From a virus, in IMG/VR virus record IMGVR_UViG_3300047550_003635: a stretch of 64,000 bases of DNA; one strand, 5' to 3'. The number at the start of each line of letters is the position of its first letter. Positions within the stretch are counted from its first letter, which is position 1. The position numbers and the translations under genes are program-made. Positions 1 through 9,164 of the stretch are shown piece by piece. The notes beneath the pieces were generated by a model. It saw only the letters and a list, made by a program, of their open reading frames with translations, made no database searches and was not told where the DNA came from.

Positions 1-2
1 AA

Positions 3-209
3 ATGATAAATGGTGCTTTTCATAGTGAATTGTCGGAATTTATTCTTGATAATCCAAATATCAAGTATTGGGCGCACGGACATACCCATGACCCATTTGA
101 TTATGAAATTGGGGAATGCCGTGTTATTTGTAATCCTAGAGGATATTATCCTTATGAAAATTCGATGAAATATAAACCACTTGAAATCAATAACTTACAA
201 AATGGTTGA
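3..209 (+). CDS. Metallophosphoesterase, C-terminal part (5' truncated by window)
   Basis: WAHGHTH and CNPRGY motifs of calcineurin-like phosphoesterases; stop TGA overlaps the next TTGACA. Confidence 0.75.
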   Translation: MINGAFHSELSEFILDNPNIKYWAHGHTHDPFDYEIGECRVICNPRGYYPYENSMKYKPLEINNLQNG

Positions 210-233
210 CAAATACAATAATTAATGTATAAT
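206..233 (+). promoter_or_regulatory. Early sigma70-type promoter with upstream IHF box (185-197)
   Basis: TTGACA-N16-TATAAT; AATCAATAACTTA upstream. Confidence 0.8.
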
Positions 234-286
234 GTCTCCTGTAGTTTGAAATTTATTCTTAATTTTAATTGAAAAGGAAATATATT

Positions 287-574
287 ATGACCACCGTAAC
301 ACTTGAGCAAATGAATATTAAGGAACTGCGTGAATTCGTCAAAGTTATCAAGGCTGAAATTGTAAATCGTCGGACCGCTTTGAAAAACCAAAAGGCTGTT
401 GAAGCTAAAGCTAAGAAAGAAAAGCGCGAAGCCCGTAAAGCTGAGAAAATTGCAAAACTTCAGGCTAAGCTGGCCAAACTGACTGGTCCTGCTGCTGTGA
501 AGAAAGCAATTCGGAAACCTAGTCCTGTTACGGTTTTGAAGCCGAACGAAAAAGGCGATTTGATTGCCGCTTAA
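287..574 (+). CDS. Highly basic Lys/Ala-rich protein (putative DNA-binding)
   Basis: AAGGA RBS before ATG 287; K/A/R-rich helical sequence. Confidence 0.7.
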   Translation: MTTVTLEQMNIKELREFVKVIKAEIVNRRTALKNQKAVEAKAKKEKREARKAEKIAKLQAKLAKLTGPAAVKKAIRKPSPVTVLKPNEKGDLIAA

Positions 575-582
575 CGTGATTT

Positions 583-625
583 TATCGATATAGGCGATAT
601 TTTAATTTTATCGCTTATATCGATA
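583..625 (+). terminator. Long inverted repeat (hairpin) after the basic protein gene
   Basis: TATCGATATAGGCGATA...TATCGCTTATATCGATA. Confidence 0.55.
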
Positions 626-678
626 TCGAACAATCATGCAATTAAAATAAACTTGAAAAAAAAAATCATAAGGAAATT

Positions 679-2496
679 ATGCAGCAAGTATGCGATTTGT
701 GTAATATACATAAAATTGAACCATTGCAAAAGCAATATCTAGTGGACAATCTTATTGATGGTATTAGAAAAAATAAAAAATTAAAAGATAAAAAGCACCT
801 TGTGCTAGAAGCCCCTACAGGTTCTGGTAAAACTTATACAATTGTTCACCGCACTATTTTTGAAATTATCAAAAATTTTGATAAAAAAAGAACCGATTCT
901 TTTAACATTTTCTTTTTAGCACCTACTCAGGAATGTGTGGATGAGCCTTACGATTTACTAATGTTATATAATTATAGTTATGCTGATGAAAAAAAAATAC
1001 GAGTATATGATAGTGATACTTTTAAGGCTGCAATAACGAGAAACCTTATAATGGATGGTAACATTCGCATTTTTGTTATGACCACTCAATTTTTCTATCG
1101 TTGGTATGAGAATTCTGACTTTAAAAATCTTGGTAATTTTCCATATCCTGATTTTATTATCAATGATGAGGCTCATCGCGGATTAGGAGTCCCGGATGCT
1201 TCCACGACAAAGGAAGATAAAGGATCCCATTTAAAAGATTGGGAACCGAAATGGTATGATTTGCAACATAAAATGTTGGAAGAGCAAGAACGGCAAACAA
1301 CAATTGTTCACTTAACGGCAACACCCACGCAATCACAACGAATGATGACGATAAAGGGTGCTGATGTGTTTACTAAATTGCCCGTCTTACCGAAATCTAA
1401 AGAATCTAATACATTTACCCGTATTGATTATTTCGGCAATGAGAATAAGAAATGGAAAAAGCCTGAATGGGAAAAAGCATTTGAAGAATATCTTGATAAA
1501 GTCGAATGGTCTTTTAAAGAATATGAAAACTTTCGAAAAATAATTCCCGATGATACTTGGAAAAAGATGGAGGGCAAGATTGATAAAATGGCGCCGGGTG
1601 TTATTATTCAATGTGCGCGTCAGGATTCAGACAATGGAGTTACAATAAAAAAAGCTGAGGAAATGATAAAATCACGCATGGAAAAAGCAAAAATTGAATA
1701 TGATTTATTTATTTCCACTTCAAAGAAAAAATCTTTTGGAAATAAAAAAATTAAGCGTATGAGTGATGGAATCATTTTGGCAAATAGCCCGGAACATATT
1801 AAAAGGCCTTTGATAGTGCTGGTCGTAGAATCTGGAAAAATGGGAATTAATATTCCTCGACTACATATGGCTGCCATTTTTAAGCGACCATCACAACAAA
1901 AAATTCATAATAATCAAACACAATTTGTGGCGCGCACAGGACGACTACCCTTTTTTAGGGATCATGATGCAGCCATCGATTATATTAGAAATTTAGATAT
2001 ATCTAAAGAACAAAAAGCATTTGTGATAGATTATTATACATCAATGTGCACCTCATTCGTTTTTATGCCAAATAATTCCGAATTGATGAATATGGTTGAA
2101 GAATTTTATACAAGAGATACATTTAATTTGATTGAAGGTTCAAAATATGTGTATAATGGTGTGTTTGGTAATCAATCCAAAAAAATAATTTCAGGATATC
2201 GTCGTGCATTTACTAGAGAACAATTGGACAATTCTCCGTTCCGAAAGCAATTTTGTGAAGCGCATCCTAAAGGTGAATGTAAGGTATTAACCATTAAAGG
2301 ATATGATGATACATATGGGAAAGATAAACTTGGTGATTCTAATCAACAGATTGAAAAATCTTTGCAGGTTGACCATAAGGACGGTAATCGATACAACAAT
2401 CACCCATCAAATCTCATAACGGTTTGTCCAAATGTTCATATGTTTAAAACACAACGACAAAAAGATTATCTTAATACTTATCCAAAAAACGAATAA
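679..2496 (+). CDS. SF2 DEAH helicase fused to a C-terminal HNH nuclease domain
   Basis: Walker A APTGSGKT, motif II DEAH, motif III TAT, motif VI QFVARTGR; C-terminal VDHKDGNRYNN..NL..VCPNVH. Confidence 0.8.
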   Translation: MQQVCDLCNIHKIEPLQKQYLVDNLIDGIRKNKKLKDKKHLVLEAPTGSGKTYTIVHRTIFEIIKNFDKKRTDSFNIFFLAPTQECVDEPYDLLMLYNYSYADEKKIRVYDSDTFKAAITRNLIMDGNIRIFVMTTQFFYRWYENSDFKNLGNFPYPDFIINDEAHRGLGVPDASTTKEDKGSHLKDWEPKWYDLQHKMLEEQERQTTIVHLTATPTQSQRMMTIKGADVFTKLPVLPKSKESNTFTRIDYFGNENKKWKKPEWEKAFEEYLDKVEWSFKEYENFRKIIPDDTWKKMEGKIDKMAPGVIIQCARQDSDNGVTIKKAEEMIKSRMEKAKIEYDLFISTSKKKSFGNKKIKRMSDGIILANSPEHIKRPLIVLVVESGKMGINIPRLHMAAIFKRPSQQKIHNNQTQFVARTGRLPFFRDHDAAIDYIRNLDISKEQKAFVIDYYTSMCTSFVFMPNNSELMNMVEEFYTRDTFNLIEGSKYVYNGVFGNQSKKIISGYRRAFTREQLDNSPFRKQFCEAHPKGECKVLTIKGYDDTYGKDKLGDSNQQIEKSLQVDHKDGNRYNNHPSNLITVCPNVHMFKTQRQKDYLNTYPKNE

Positions 2497-2513
2497 GGAT
2501 TCATGATTTTAAC

Positions 2514-2765
2514 ATGATTAATAAAACAGAAATGATACTGCTGACGGTCGAGCAAATCGAACGGCATCGGAACGAACTAATAACGCTTCGCGGCCGTCTC
2601 GGCGAACGCGCCAATCAATATGACATCCGTATTGCGCTCTGCGACCTTGCCCTCATCGGCAGGCAGGCGCTCGATGCGGAGGTGGTAGGTATTGCTGGCA
2701 AGCGATATGACGGAGTTTATAATTTACCTGTTGGTACCGAATTAATCGTCAAACCGAATATATAA
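2514..2765 (+). CDS. Hypothetical protein with GC-rich core
   Basis: ORF in operon orientation. Confidence 0.5.
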   Translation: MINKTEMILLTVEQIERHRNELITLRGRLGERANQYDIRIALCDLALIGRQALDAEVVGIAGKRYDGVYNLPVGTELIVKPNI

Positions 2766-2821
2766 AGATGAATTGGTAGCATTGAAGAAAAAAATCAGCC
2801 GAAAAAAAACTAAGTTACAAA

Positions 2822-3151
2822 ATGTTTAAATGTAAAATCACATTTGACCAAATTACATATGGTCCCAAAACTGATTCATTGGAATCATCTGTTGCAATGG
2901 CATATGCCCAAGAATTAAAAGAAAAAGGTTATAGAAAAACCAGCAATGCATATTGTATTGTTTCACGAATTGACCGTGAAGATTGGCTAGAAGTTTTGGC
3001 AAAACAAATGCGATGCAGCGTAGCACATTTTTATAACGTTGATGGTAGCGGTGTCAGCGACCACTGGCATGACCATTATGTGCGGTGTTATAGTAAAGAC
3101 AAACATACGGTGCATCCCGATATTTTGAAATTTATTCCTACCTACTTTTAA
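2822..3151 (+). CDS. Hypothetical protein
   Basis: 109-aa ORF, co-oriented. Confidence 0.6.
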   Translation: MFKCKITFDQITYGPKTDSLESSVAMAYAQELKEKGYRKTSNAYCIVSRIDREDWLEVLAKQMRCSVAHFYNVDGSGVSDHWHDHYVRCYSKDKHTVHPDILKFIPTYF

Positions 3152-3160
3152 GGAAATAAA

Positions 3161-3361
3161 ATGACAGAAAATCGAAAACTAAAAGTATTCTATGTTGCCG
3201 AATGGGATGAAGGTCGTGGTGATAATGAATTCGTATATGAATCTGGTCCGTATAAAAGTTTTACAGATGCATTGCGTGAATCAAGTGAAAAGGAACGCAA
3301 TTCATTTGGACGGCAATATTGCGTGGTTGAAAGTATGATTGCGATTGAAAACGTCTATTGA
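3161..3361 (+). CDS. Hypothetical protein
   Basis: AAGGA RBS; stop overlaps TTGACA. Confidence 0.65.
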   Translation: MTENRKLKVFYVAEWDEGRGDNEFVYESGPYKSFTDALRESSEKERNSFGRQYCVVESMIAIENVY

Positions 3362-3386
3362 CAAATAAGTAATTATTCTGTATAAT
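3358..3386 (+). promoter_or_regulatory. Early promoter
   Basis: TTGACA-N17-TATAAT. Confidence 0.8.
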
Positions 3387-3412
3387 TGTCTTATTAAGAA
3401 TGGTAAGACAAT

Positions 3413-3937
3413 ATGGACGTTAAAAAACATCTATTGGAACGGCATCTGAATCCCGATTTATACACTGTATCTTGGGATGATGAAACGGCTACATTTGCGC
3501 TTTGGAATCTATCTGGACAATGGGTAGGATACCAGCAATATCGTCCATTCGCACCAAAATCATTTCCGAATGACCCAAAACAAGGCCGTTATTTTACATG
3601 GGCTAAGAATAAGACGGCAGTATGGGGTCTTGAAACTTGGGCATTTAAAAAGGACGTGTTATTTGTAACCGAGGGTGTATTTGATGCATGTCGATTGCAT
3701 AATGTTGGACTGCCCGCGGTCGCAGTATTGACAAATGACCCAAAGCAATTGCGTCCGTGGTTAAATTCTCTTGGTCGTTTTACGGTTGCAGTCTGTGACG
3801 ATGATGCCGCAGGTCGTAAATTAGGTAAACTTTGTGATATGTTTTTAACGCCTTGTGAAAATGGTGACCTTGGTGATATGACTGATGCACAAGTTTTTGA
3901 TTTTGTTAAGAAAAATTCGCTTGACAAATACCGATAA
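3413..3937 (+). CDS. Small TOPRIM-domain (primase-like) protein
   Basis: FVTEGVFDA and VCDDDAAG TOPRIM motifs. Confidence 0.8.
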   Translation: MDVKKHLLERHLNPDLYTVSWDDETATFALWNLSGQWVGYQQYRPFAPKSFPNDPKQGRYFTWAKNKTAVWGLETWAFKKDVLFVTEGVFDACRLHNVGLPAVAVLTNDPKQLRPWLNSLGRFTVAVCDDDAAGRKLGKLCDMFLTPCENGDLGDMTDAQVFDFVKKNSLDKYR

Positions 3938-3949
3938 TTAATCTATAAT
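3921..3949 (+). promoter_or_regulatory. Early promoter
   Basis: TTGACA-N17-TATAAT followed by GATTCCATACTAATTGATT leader. Confidence 0.85.
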
Positions 3950-3978
3950 GATTCCATACTAATTGATTGGAGACTGAA

Positions 3979-4335
3979 ATGAAAATTCTCGCTGCTGGTT
4001 GCACCCTTGATTTGACCGATTATCTGAATCATATCAAAAAAGATTATGCGCGATTTTATGAGACATCAAGTTTTCAGGATGATGCCGATAAAATTGAATA
4101 TGCAAAAAATGCCATTCAAAAATTTGAAAATGAATTGGTGGTAGAATCCGGTAACAAGTATGCAAAAGTGCTTATTGCGACTTCGGTGCATTCTTTTATT
4201 GTTATCAAGGCAACAAAAGGTTTTGCTGTTGGTGACATTCTCAAGGCTGCATCATGGAAAGCACCTGCCACTAACTTTGCGCGTGGCTCAATTCAAAAAG
4301 GTGATTTTTCAAATGTGCGTTGGACTGGTTGTTAA
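3979..4335 (+). CDS. Conserved phage hypothetical protein
   Basis: GGAG RBS; GDILKAASWKAPA..ARG motif common in phage early proteins. Confidence 0.7.
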   Translation: MKILAAGCTLDLTDYLNHIKKDYARFYETSSFQDDADKIEYAKNAIQKFENELVVESGNKYAKVLIATSVHSFIVIKATKGFAVGDILKAASWKAPATNFARGSIQKGDFSNVRWTGC

Positions 4336-4347
4336 TAGGAAAATAAA

Positions 4348-4737
4348 ATGACAATGCCCATTGGTAAATATTATGTTGGTGACCTTTGTTATGTTATGCA
4401 TGAAGAATGGGACGAGGTCTGTGATTTGACGATTAATGATAACCGTTGTCTTGATGGTGAATTCGTTCTAAAAGATGGACGCCGCTTTGCAATGTATCGC
4501 ACAATGCATGGTGATGGCATTTATTATGATAATAGTGGCGATGAATATTCGGTTGATGCTGGACTGATTGGTTGCATCCTATTGTCTGATATTGATATGG
4601 TATGTGGTTCTAATTTTCTACATGGCGGGCAAATTCAAAACTTTTTCAATGAATTTGAAACCTTTGAAGAAAATGGTACCATTCATTTCGGTAATATAGA
4701 AATTAAAACTGATTTTTATGACGAAGATGATGAATAA
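4348..4737 (+). CDS. Conserved phage hypothetical protein
   Basis: YYVGDLCYV...VDAGLIG motifs. Confidence 0.7.
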   Translation: MTMPIGKYYVGDLCYVMHEEWDEVCDLTINDNRCLDGEFVLKDGRRFAMYRTMHGDGIYYDNSGDEYSVDAGLIGCILLSDIDMVCGSNFLHGGQIQNFFNEFETFEENGTIHFGNIEIKTDFYDEDDE

Positions 4738-4758
4738 AATCAATAACTTACAAAATGG

Positions 4759-4786
4759 TTGACATTTGCCAATTAATCTGTATAAT
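4759..4786 (+). promoter_or_regulatory. Early promoter with upstream IHF box (4738-4750)
   Basis: TTGACA-N16-TATAAT; upstream sequence identical to that at 184-211. Confidence 0.8.
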
Positions 4787-4821
4787 AGCTTCTGTTGATT
4801 GATAATTATTTGGAGATTGTT

Positions 4822-5664
4822 ATGCCTAGAGGAATTCCTAGTCGCGGTTTTCGTCTTACTAAGAATAAGAAAATTCAAATGGGTCTTGCACCTGCTATTA
4901 AGATGGAAACGATGGTTCAGCCCGAATCGCGTTTTACCATTAATCAGCGATTTGAATTTGTTACTGATATGGTTCGAATGCTGGCCAATGGTGACCAAGC
5001 GTCCGTGATTGTGACCGGTCCTGGTGGTCTTGGCAAATCGTTCAATGTTATCAAGGCTCTTGAAAAAGCCAACATGAAGGACGTTACTCTGTTGGAAGAA
5101 TTTGAAATTGGCACCCGCATGAACATGAACAAAACGTTCCGTGTTATCAAGGGTTACTCTACTCCCAAAGGTCTGTATCGTGCCCTTTACGAAAACAAAG
5201 ATGGCGTGATTGTTTTTGACGATTGCGATTCGGTTCTCAAAGACCCTGTATCGTTGAATATTCTGAAAGGTGCTCTTGATTCTTACAGCCGTCGGATTAT
5301 TTCGTGGCGCGCTGATTTGAAGGACGAAGATTTGCCCACCAGTTTTGAGTTTAAAGGTCGTGTTATCTTTATCTCCAATATGCCGTCATGCGCCCTCGAC
5401 CAAGCAATTATTTCGCGTTCGATGGCTGTTGATTTGTCCATGACTACGCAACAAAAAGTGGACCGTATGCGTTTTCTGTTGTCGCAAAGTGATTTTATGC
5501 CCGAGTTTCCGATGGCATATAAAACTGATGCGATTAATCTGATTGAAACGTTGAAGGATTCGGTGCGTGAATTGACCCTTCGCACGTTAATTCAAGTTAC
5601 TACCATTCGCAAGGGTGCTGGTGCTAACTGGAAGAATCTGGCTGAATACACCATCTGTGGTTAA
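4822..5664 (+). CDS. AAA+ family ATPase
   Basis: Walker A GPGGLGKS, Walker B VIVFDD, sensor-1 ISN, arginine finger SRS. Confidence 0.8.
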   Translation: MPRGIPSRGFRLTKNKKIQMGLAPAIKMETMVQPESRFTINQRFEFVTDMVRMLANGDQASVIVTGPGGLGKSFNVIKALEKANMKDVTLLEEFEIGTRMNMNKTFRVIKGYSTPKGLYRALYENKDGVIVFDDCDSVLKDPVSLNILKGALDSYSRRIISWRADLKDEDLPTSFEFKGRVIFISNMPSCALDQAIISRSMAVDLSMTTQQKVDRMRFLLSQSDFMPEFPMAYKTDAINLIETLKDSVRELTLRTLIQVTTIRKGAGANWKNLAEYTICG

Positions 5665-5714
5665 TTGGAGTTTTAAATGAAAAAAGCAGAACGAAATATG
5701 GAAGTAATTCGATA

Positions 5715-5894
5715 ATGAAAAATTTTTATCGAGGATGGCACATTTATTATCAACCATCGGCACCAGTTACCGGGCGATACTCTGCCGAACAGCATGGCGT
5801 TAGTATGTGCGCCAATGATGTGAATATGCTGTATAAAATGATTGATGCCAAAATTTATGATAGGGAACAACAACTTAAAAAGATTGACAAATAG
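5715..5894 (+). CDS. Small hypothetical protein (59 aa, MKNFYRGWHIYY...)
   Basis: Read by hand; below ORF-track cutoff; ends in the promoter. Confidence 0.5.
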   Translation: MKNFYRGWHIYYQPSAPVTGRYSAEQHGVSMCANDVNMLYKMIDAKIYDREQQLKKIDK

Positions 5895-5912
5895 GATATT
5901 ATTCGCTATAAT
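5884..5912 (+). promoter_or_regulatory. Early promoter
   Basis: TTGACA-N17-TATAAT. Confidence 0.8.
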
Positions 5913-5938
5913 GATTCCATACTGAATTGAGGTTTTAA

Positions 5939-6397
5939 ATGGTTAACAATGTATTTTTAGATTTGGAAGAAACCGTAATCAATAACTGGGACGAAGGTTT
6001 TCTTGTCCATACTTCCAAAGTCCGTGATTTTCTCAAGGCACAAAATGTAAAAGGCTGGACTGTCTTTTCATTTGCTGTATGGAATGCAAGCGATGTGGCC
6101 GTGTTCCAAAAGCGCCACCAGCGATTCCTTGAAAAAGCGTTAGATTGCCCTGTCCTGTCCTGCCCATCGTGCCAGGACTTCATGGAGTGCGATACAGAAA
6201 AGACTGGAGTAAGGTTTGACAGTCTGACAGATTTTATCAGCATCCGCGGTAAGGTTGGGGCTTTTACCAACTGGTGTGCAGTAAATCATTCGGGACAGCA
6301 TTCGGTGCTGGTCGATGATGTGGTACCAAATGCCGTTTGGACAAATAAAGATACCAATACTACCGTTGAATTTGTTAATGTTTTACAATTATCTTGA
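5939..6397 (+). CDS. HAD-superfamily-like protein
   Basis: N-terminal FLDLEET and C-terminal LVDD motifs. Confidence 0.6.
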   Translation: MVNNVFLDLEETVINNWDEGFLVHTSKVRDFLKAQNVKGWTVFSFAVWNASDVAVFQKRHQRFLEKALDCPVLSCPSCQDFMECDTEKTGVRFDSLTDFISIRGKVGAFTNWCAVNHSGQHSVLVDDVVPNAVWTNKDTNTTVEFVNVLQLS

Positions 6398-6422
6398 CAA
6401 ATACCGATAATTAATCTATAAT
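6394..6422 (+). promoter_or_regulatory. Early promoter
   Basis: TTGACA-N17-TATAAT. Confidence 0.8.
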
Positions 6423-6428
6423 GGTTCC

Positions 6429-6656
6429 ATGATGAATTATTTGATTGGAAACAAATTGAAAGTAAAACCGACTAAAGCCGAGGTTGAAAAATTGCTTAAA
6501 GAATTTGAGAATCGGTCTAAGGCATTGATTGGTACCTCCGGTAGTTATGCATATGCTGCTGGTTATTATTCTTCGATTATAACGCATTTTTTGTCTAATT
6601 CTACTGATTCCGAAACTGTCAATACAATTATGCGCCAGCTTAAGGACCGGATTTAG
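6429..6656 (+). CDS. Hypothetical protein (start uncertain)
   Basis: ORF directly after promoter. Confidence 0.55.
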   Translation: MMNYLIGNKLKVKPTKAEVEKLLKEFENRSKALIGTSGSYAYAAGYYSSIITHFLSNSTDSETVNTIMRQLKDRI

Positions 6657-6690
6657 GTCTTTTTCTTAATCCGAATCTGGTAATAAAATG

Positions 6691-6719
6691 TTGACAAATA
6701 GGACATTATTCGTTATACT
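6691..6719 (+). promoter_or_regulatory. Early promoter
   Basis: TTGACA-N17-TATACT plus conserved leader. Confidence 0.8.
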
Positions 6720-6747
6720 GATTCCATACTAATTGATTGGAAGCAAA

Positions 6748-6930
6748 ATGAAAGCCAAAAAGTCCAAAGTTAAAAAGATTAAAGTTTTTAATACATCTTA
6801 TGATTACGGTTCACTAAAACGCCGTGAATTCCAGGTGCGTCAATTGATTCCGTTTGAAGGTTGGATTACGCGAGGTGTGTTTTTCAATTTTGCCGATGCA
6901 CAGATATTTTTGAAGGCCCTGAAAGGCTAA
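6748..6930 (+). CDS. Hypothetical protein
   Basis: ORF after promoter, GGAAG RBS. Confidence 0.6.
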   Translation: MKAKKSKVKKIKVFNTSYDYGSLKRREFQVRQLIPFEGWITRGVFFNFADAQIFLKALKG

Positions 6931-6931
6931 T

Positions 6932-7162
6932 ATGGAAAATATTATGCGAGTTATTAATGATTATGGTTTGGTGCGTGTAGTAAGTCTTGGTGACCCCTAT
7001 ACTAAGGTGGCTGATATTGTCGTTGAAATTAAGGCGGGTAATCAGTGGGAATATTATGCTGGTTTTAATTCCCTGTCCGATGATTATGCATATACCAATG
7101 CAAAAGAGGCTGCTGGTCGTGCTATCAAAAAAATGGCAGCCGAAATTGTCGCAACGGAGTAA
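6932..7162 (+). CDS. Hypothetical protein
   Basis: Coupled ORF. Confidence 0.6.
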   Translation: MENIMRVINDYGLVRVVSLGDPYTKVADIVVEIKAGNQWEYYAGFNSLSDDYAYTNAKEAAGRAIKKMAAEIVATE

Positions 7163-7165
7163 AAA

Positions 7166-7348
7166 ATGAACGTTTATGTTTATACCACGTATTCTATTAC
7201 GATTCGCGTCAAGGCTGAAACGGAGGATGATGCATATCGTGGATTAATAGATAAAATCTATGATGCATCCCTGATGGATATTGAAATGCCTGCCGGGTAT
7301 GATTTTCAATTAACATCGTCATATGGTGTGGATGAACATGCGCGGTAA
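7166..7348 (+). CDS. Hypothetical protein
   Basis: GGAG RBS. Confidence 0.6.
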   Translation: MNVYVYTTYSITIRVKAETEDDAYRGLIDKIYDASLMDIEMPAGYDFQLTSSYGVDEHAR

Positions 7349-7517
7349 AAAACAAAAGTATAGAATTAGGTCTGGGTCTTGGTCTAGGTCTGGGTCTTGG
7401 TCCAGGTCTTGGTCTAGGTCTGGGTCTTGGTCTTTGTCTAGGTCTGGGTCTTGGTATGGGTCTTTGTCTGGGTCTTTGTCTGGGTCTTGGTCTGGGTCGG
7501 GACAAAATTCTGCTTGA
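7338..7517 (+). CDS. Ser-alternating (S-W/G/R) repeat micro-protein, copy 1
   Basis: MRGKKQKYR-(SX)n-GQNSA*; hexamer repeat NGGTCT at 7368-7500; start could also be 7332. Confidence 0.6.
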   Translation: MRGKKQKYRIRSGSWSRSGSWSRSWSRSGSWSLSRSGSWYGSLSGSLSGSWSGSGQNSA

Positions 7518-7542
7518 CATATATCGGTAATTAATCTATAAT
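7514..7542 (+). promoter_or_regulatory. Early promoter
   Basis: TTGACA-N17-TATAAT; -35 contains the stop of the repeat ORF. Confidence 0.85.
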
Positions 7543-7571
7543 TACTCCATACTGATTGATTGGAGATTGAA

Positions 7572-7949
7572 ATGTTGAAATCTTGGGAAGAATTGTCGCC
7601 GCTTGAACAGGCCCATGAAATCTATTCTGATATGCACAAGGATGCATATGGGTTTCGTCCTCGGAATGATGTTTCCGATTGGACGCTGGAAGATTTTGAA
7701 AAAGAATTCCAGACGATGGGTAAACAAATTGAAGAGGACATGGCTCAAGAAAAAATCAATCAGGACCGTGCAGCCCATGAATTGGAAATGACGCTACAAA
7801 ACCTTTTTGCTGCTGGTGCTAAAACCCGCACTATGGCTATTGGCTGGTTGCATGAAGCGCACGAAACCAACGGCGATGATTCCTATCTGGAATATCTCCT
7901 TGGTGTTGAATATGGGTATTTTAAAAAGTCGGAGAAATTGAATGGCTAA
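7572..7949 (+). CDS. Conserved phage hypothetical protein
   Basis: SDMHKDAYGFRPR motif common in phage early proteins. Confidence 0.7.
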   Translation: MLKSWEELSPLEQAHEIYSDMHKDAYGFRPRNDVSDWTLEDFEKEFQTMGKQIEEDMAQEKINQDRAAHELEMTLQNLFAAGAKTRTMAIGWLHEAHETNGDDSYLEYLLGVEYGYFKKSEKLNG

Positions 7950-8088
7950 TGTAAAAGATATGGTTATGGACGTGCTGGAATTGCTGGAAAGCGGTCTAGG
8001 CGTTGAGGATGTAGCAGAACGAATGAACCTATCGCCCGCTATCGTCCAATCGATTGCCAACGATTATGGTGATTTTGATACCGCTTGA
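7942..8088 (+). CDS. Small HTH-like protein (48 aa)
   Basis: LESGLGVEDVAERMNLSPAIVQ resembles a helix-turn-helix; stop in TTGACA. Confidence 0.55.
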   Translation: MANVKDMVMDVLELLESGLGVEDVAERMNLSPAIVQSIANDYGDFDTA

Positions 8089-8113
8089 CATTTAATCGGT
8101 AATTTGTTATTAT
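8085..8113 (+). promoter_or_regulatory. Early promoter
   Basis: TTGACA-N17-TATTAT. Confidence 0.7.
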
Positions 8114-8137
8114 TATATTTTACTGAAAAGGAATAAC

Positions 8138-8299
8138 ATGGAAACTGTTCAAATTATTCAAGCAGTTATCGGTGCATATCTGATTACTATTTCTTTTATT
8201 ACACTTACCGAAAATGTAGCATCATCCATTATTTTCAAGGTAATTCCGTTTTTCTCGGGTCTGGCACTTTTGGGTATTGTAACCAATCTTATTAAGTAA
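8138..8299 (+). CDS. Small membrane protein (53 aa, two hydrophobic segments)
   Basis: AAGGA RBS, hydrophobic translation. Confidence 0.6.
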   Translation: METVQIIQAVIGAYLITISFITLTENVASSIIFKVIPFFSGLALLGIVTNLIK

Positions 8300-8322
8300 T
8301 ATTAAGATTCGGAAATAATTAC

Positions 8323-8351
8323 TTGACAAATAGGTAATTATTTGCTATACT
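8323..8351 (+). promoter_or_regulatory. Early promoter
   Basis: TTGACA-N17-TATACT. Confidence 0.8.
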
Positions 8352-8357
8352 GATTCC

Positions 8358-8588
8358 ATGATGATTGATGATGTATTGCAATGGATTGGCGCCGGCTTTA
8401 TTATGGCTGGTCATGTTTTGAATAGTGTTGGACCTGATGCATATCCGTATAATATTGTAGCATTTACCATTGGTACGGTGTTTTTTCTTATTTGGACCTT
8501 TCGTGTTAGTAATAAGCCGCAGATGGTTGTAAATGTGGTTGCGATGATAACATGTATAACAGGATTGGTCAAAGCAATTACCGCTTGA
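8358..8588 (+). CDS. Small 3-TM membrane protein
   Basis: Three hydrophobic segments; probably leaderless after the promoter. Confidence 0.65.
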   Translation: MMIDDVLQWIGAGFIMAGHVLNSVGPDAYPYNIVAFTIGTVFFLIWTFRVSNKPQMVVNVVAMITCITGLVKAITA

Positions 8589-8613
8589 CATATATCGGTA
8601 ATTAATCTATAAT
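8585..8613 (+). promoter_or_regulatory. Early promoter
   Basis: TTGACA-N17-TATAAT. Confidence 0.8.
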
Positions 8614-8642
8614 GGTTTCATATTGTTAATAAGGAATAAATC

Positions 8643-8981
8643 ATGACGGTTGATATTAAACAGATTCCGCAAATCGTTCAAGAGGCTAAGAATGCTGCAT
8701 ATTATGCTGCGTCCAATTATCTTCATAATGAAATGAATGGTCAAGATAGTTTTCCCTGTGGCTTTGCATGGATTGGTGTGTCCGAAAAGGGCTCGACTAA
8801 ACTTGGACGCGCATTGATGCAAAACGGTTTTGAAAAAGCATATCGTGGTGGTCTGGAGATGTGGAATCCCTCGGGTCTGCCTGTGCAAAATATTGATGTC
8901 AAGGAAATTGGTGCCAAAGCTGCCGTTGAAGTCTTGCGGAAATATGGTATTTCAGCATACACTGGCAGCCGTCTGGACTAA
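8643..8981 (+). CDS. Conserved phage hypothetical protein
   Basis: CGFAW...SRLD* motif family. Confidence 0.7.
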   Translation: MTVDIKQIPQIVQEAKNAAYYAASNYLHNEMNGQDSFPCGFAWIGVSEKGSTKLGRALMQNGFEKAYRGGLEMWNPSGLPVQNIDVKEIGAKAAVEVLRKYGISAYTGSRLD

Positions 8982-8983
8982 TT

Positions 8984-9124
8984 ATGCTTAAAAGTAAAAA
9001 ACAAAAATGTAGGTCTTGGTCTGGGTATGGGTCTTTGTCTGGGTCTAGGTCTTGGTTTGGGTCTTGGTCTTGGTCTGGGTCTAGGTCTTGGTCTGCGTCT
9101 GGGTCGGGTAAAAATTCTGCTTGA
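8984..9124 (+). CDS. Ser-alternating repeat micro-protein, copy 2 (46 aa)
   Basis: MLKSKKQKCRSWSGYGSLSGSRSWFGSWSWSGSRSWSASGSGKNSA*; missed by ORF track. Confidence 0.6.
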   Translation: MLKSKKQKCRSWSGYGSLSGSRSWFGSWSWSGSRSWSASGSGKNSA

Positions 9125-9149
9125 CAAATATTGGTAATTAATCTATAAT
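9121..9149 (+). promoter_or_regulatory. Early promoter
   Basis: TTGACA-N17-TATAAT. Confidence 0.85.
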
Positions 9150-9164
9150 GGTTCCATACTGATT

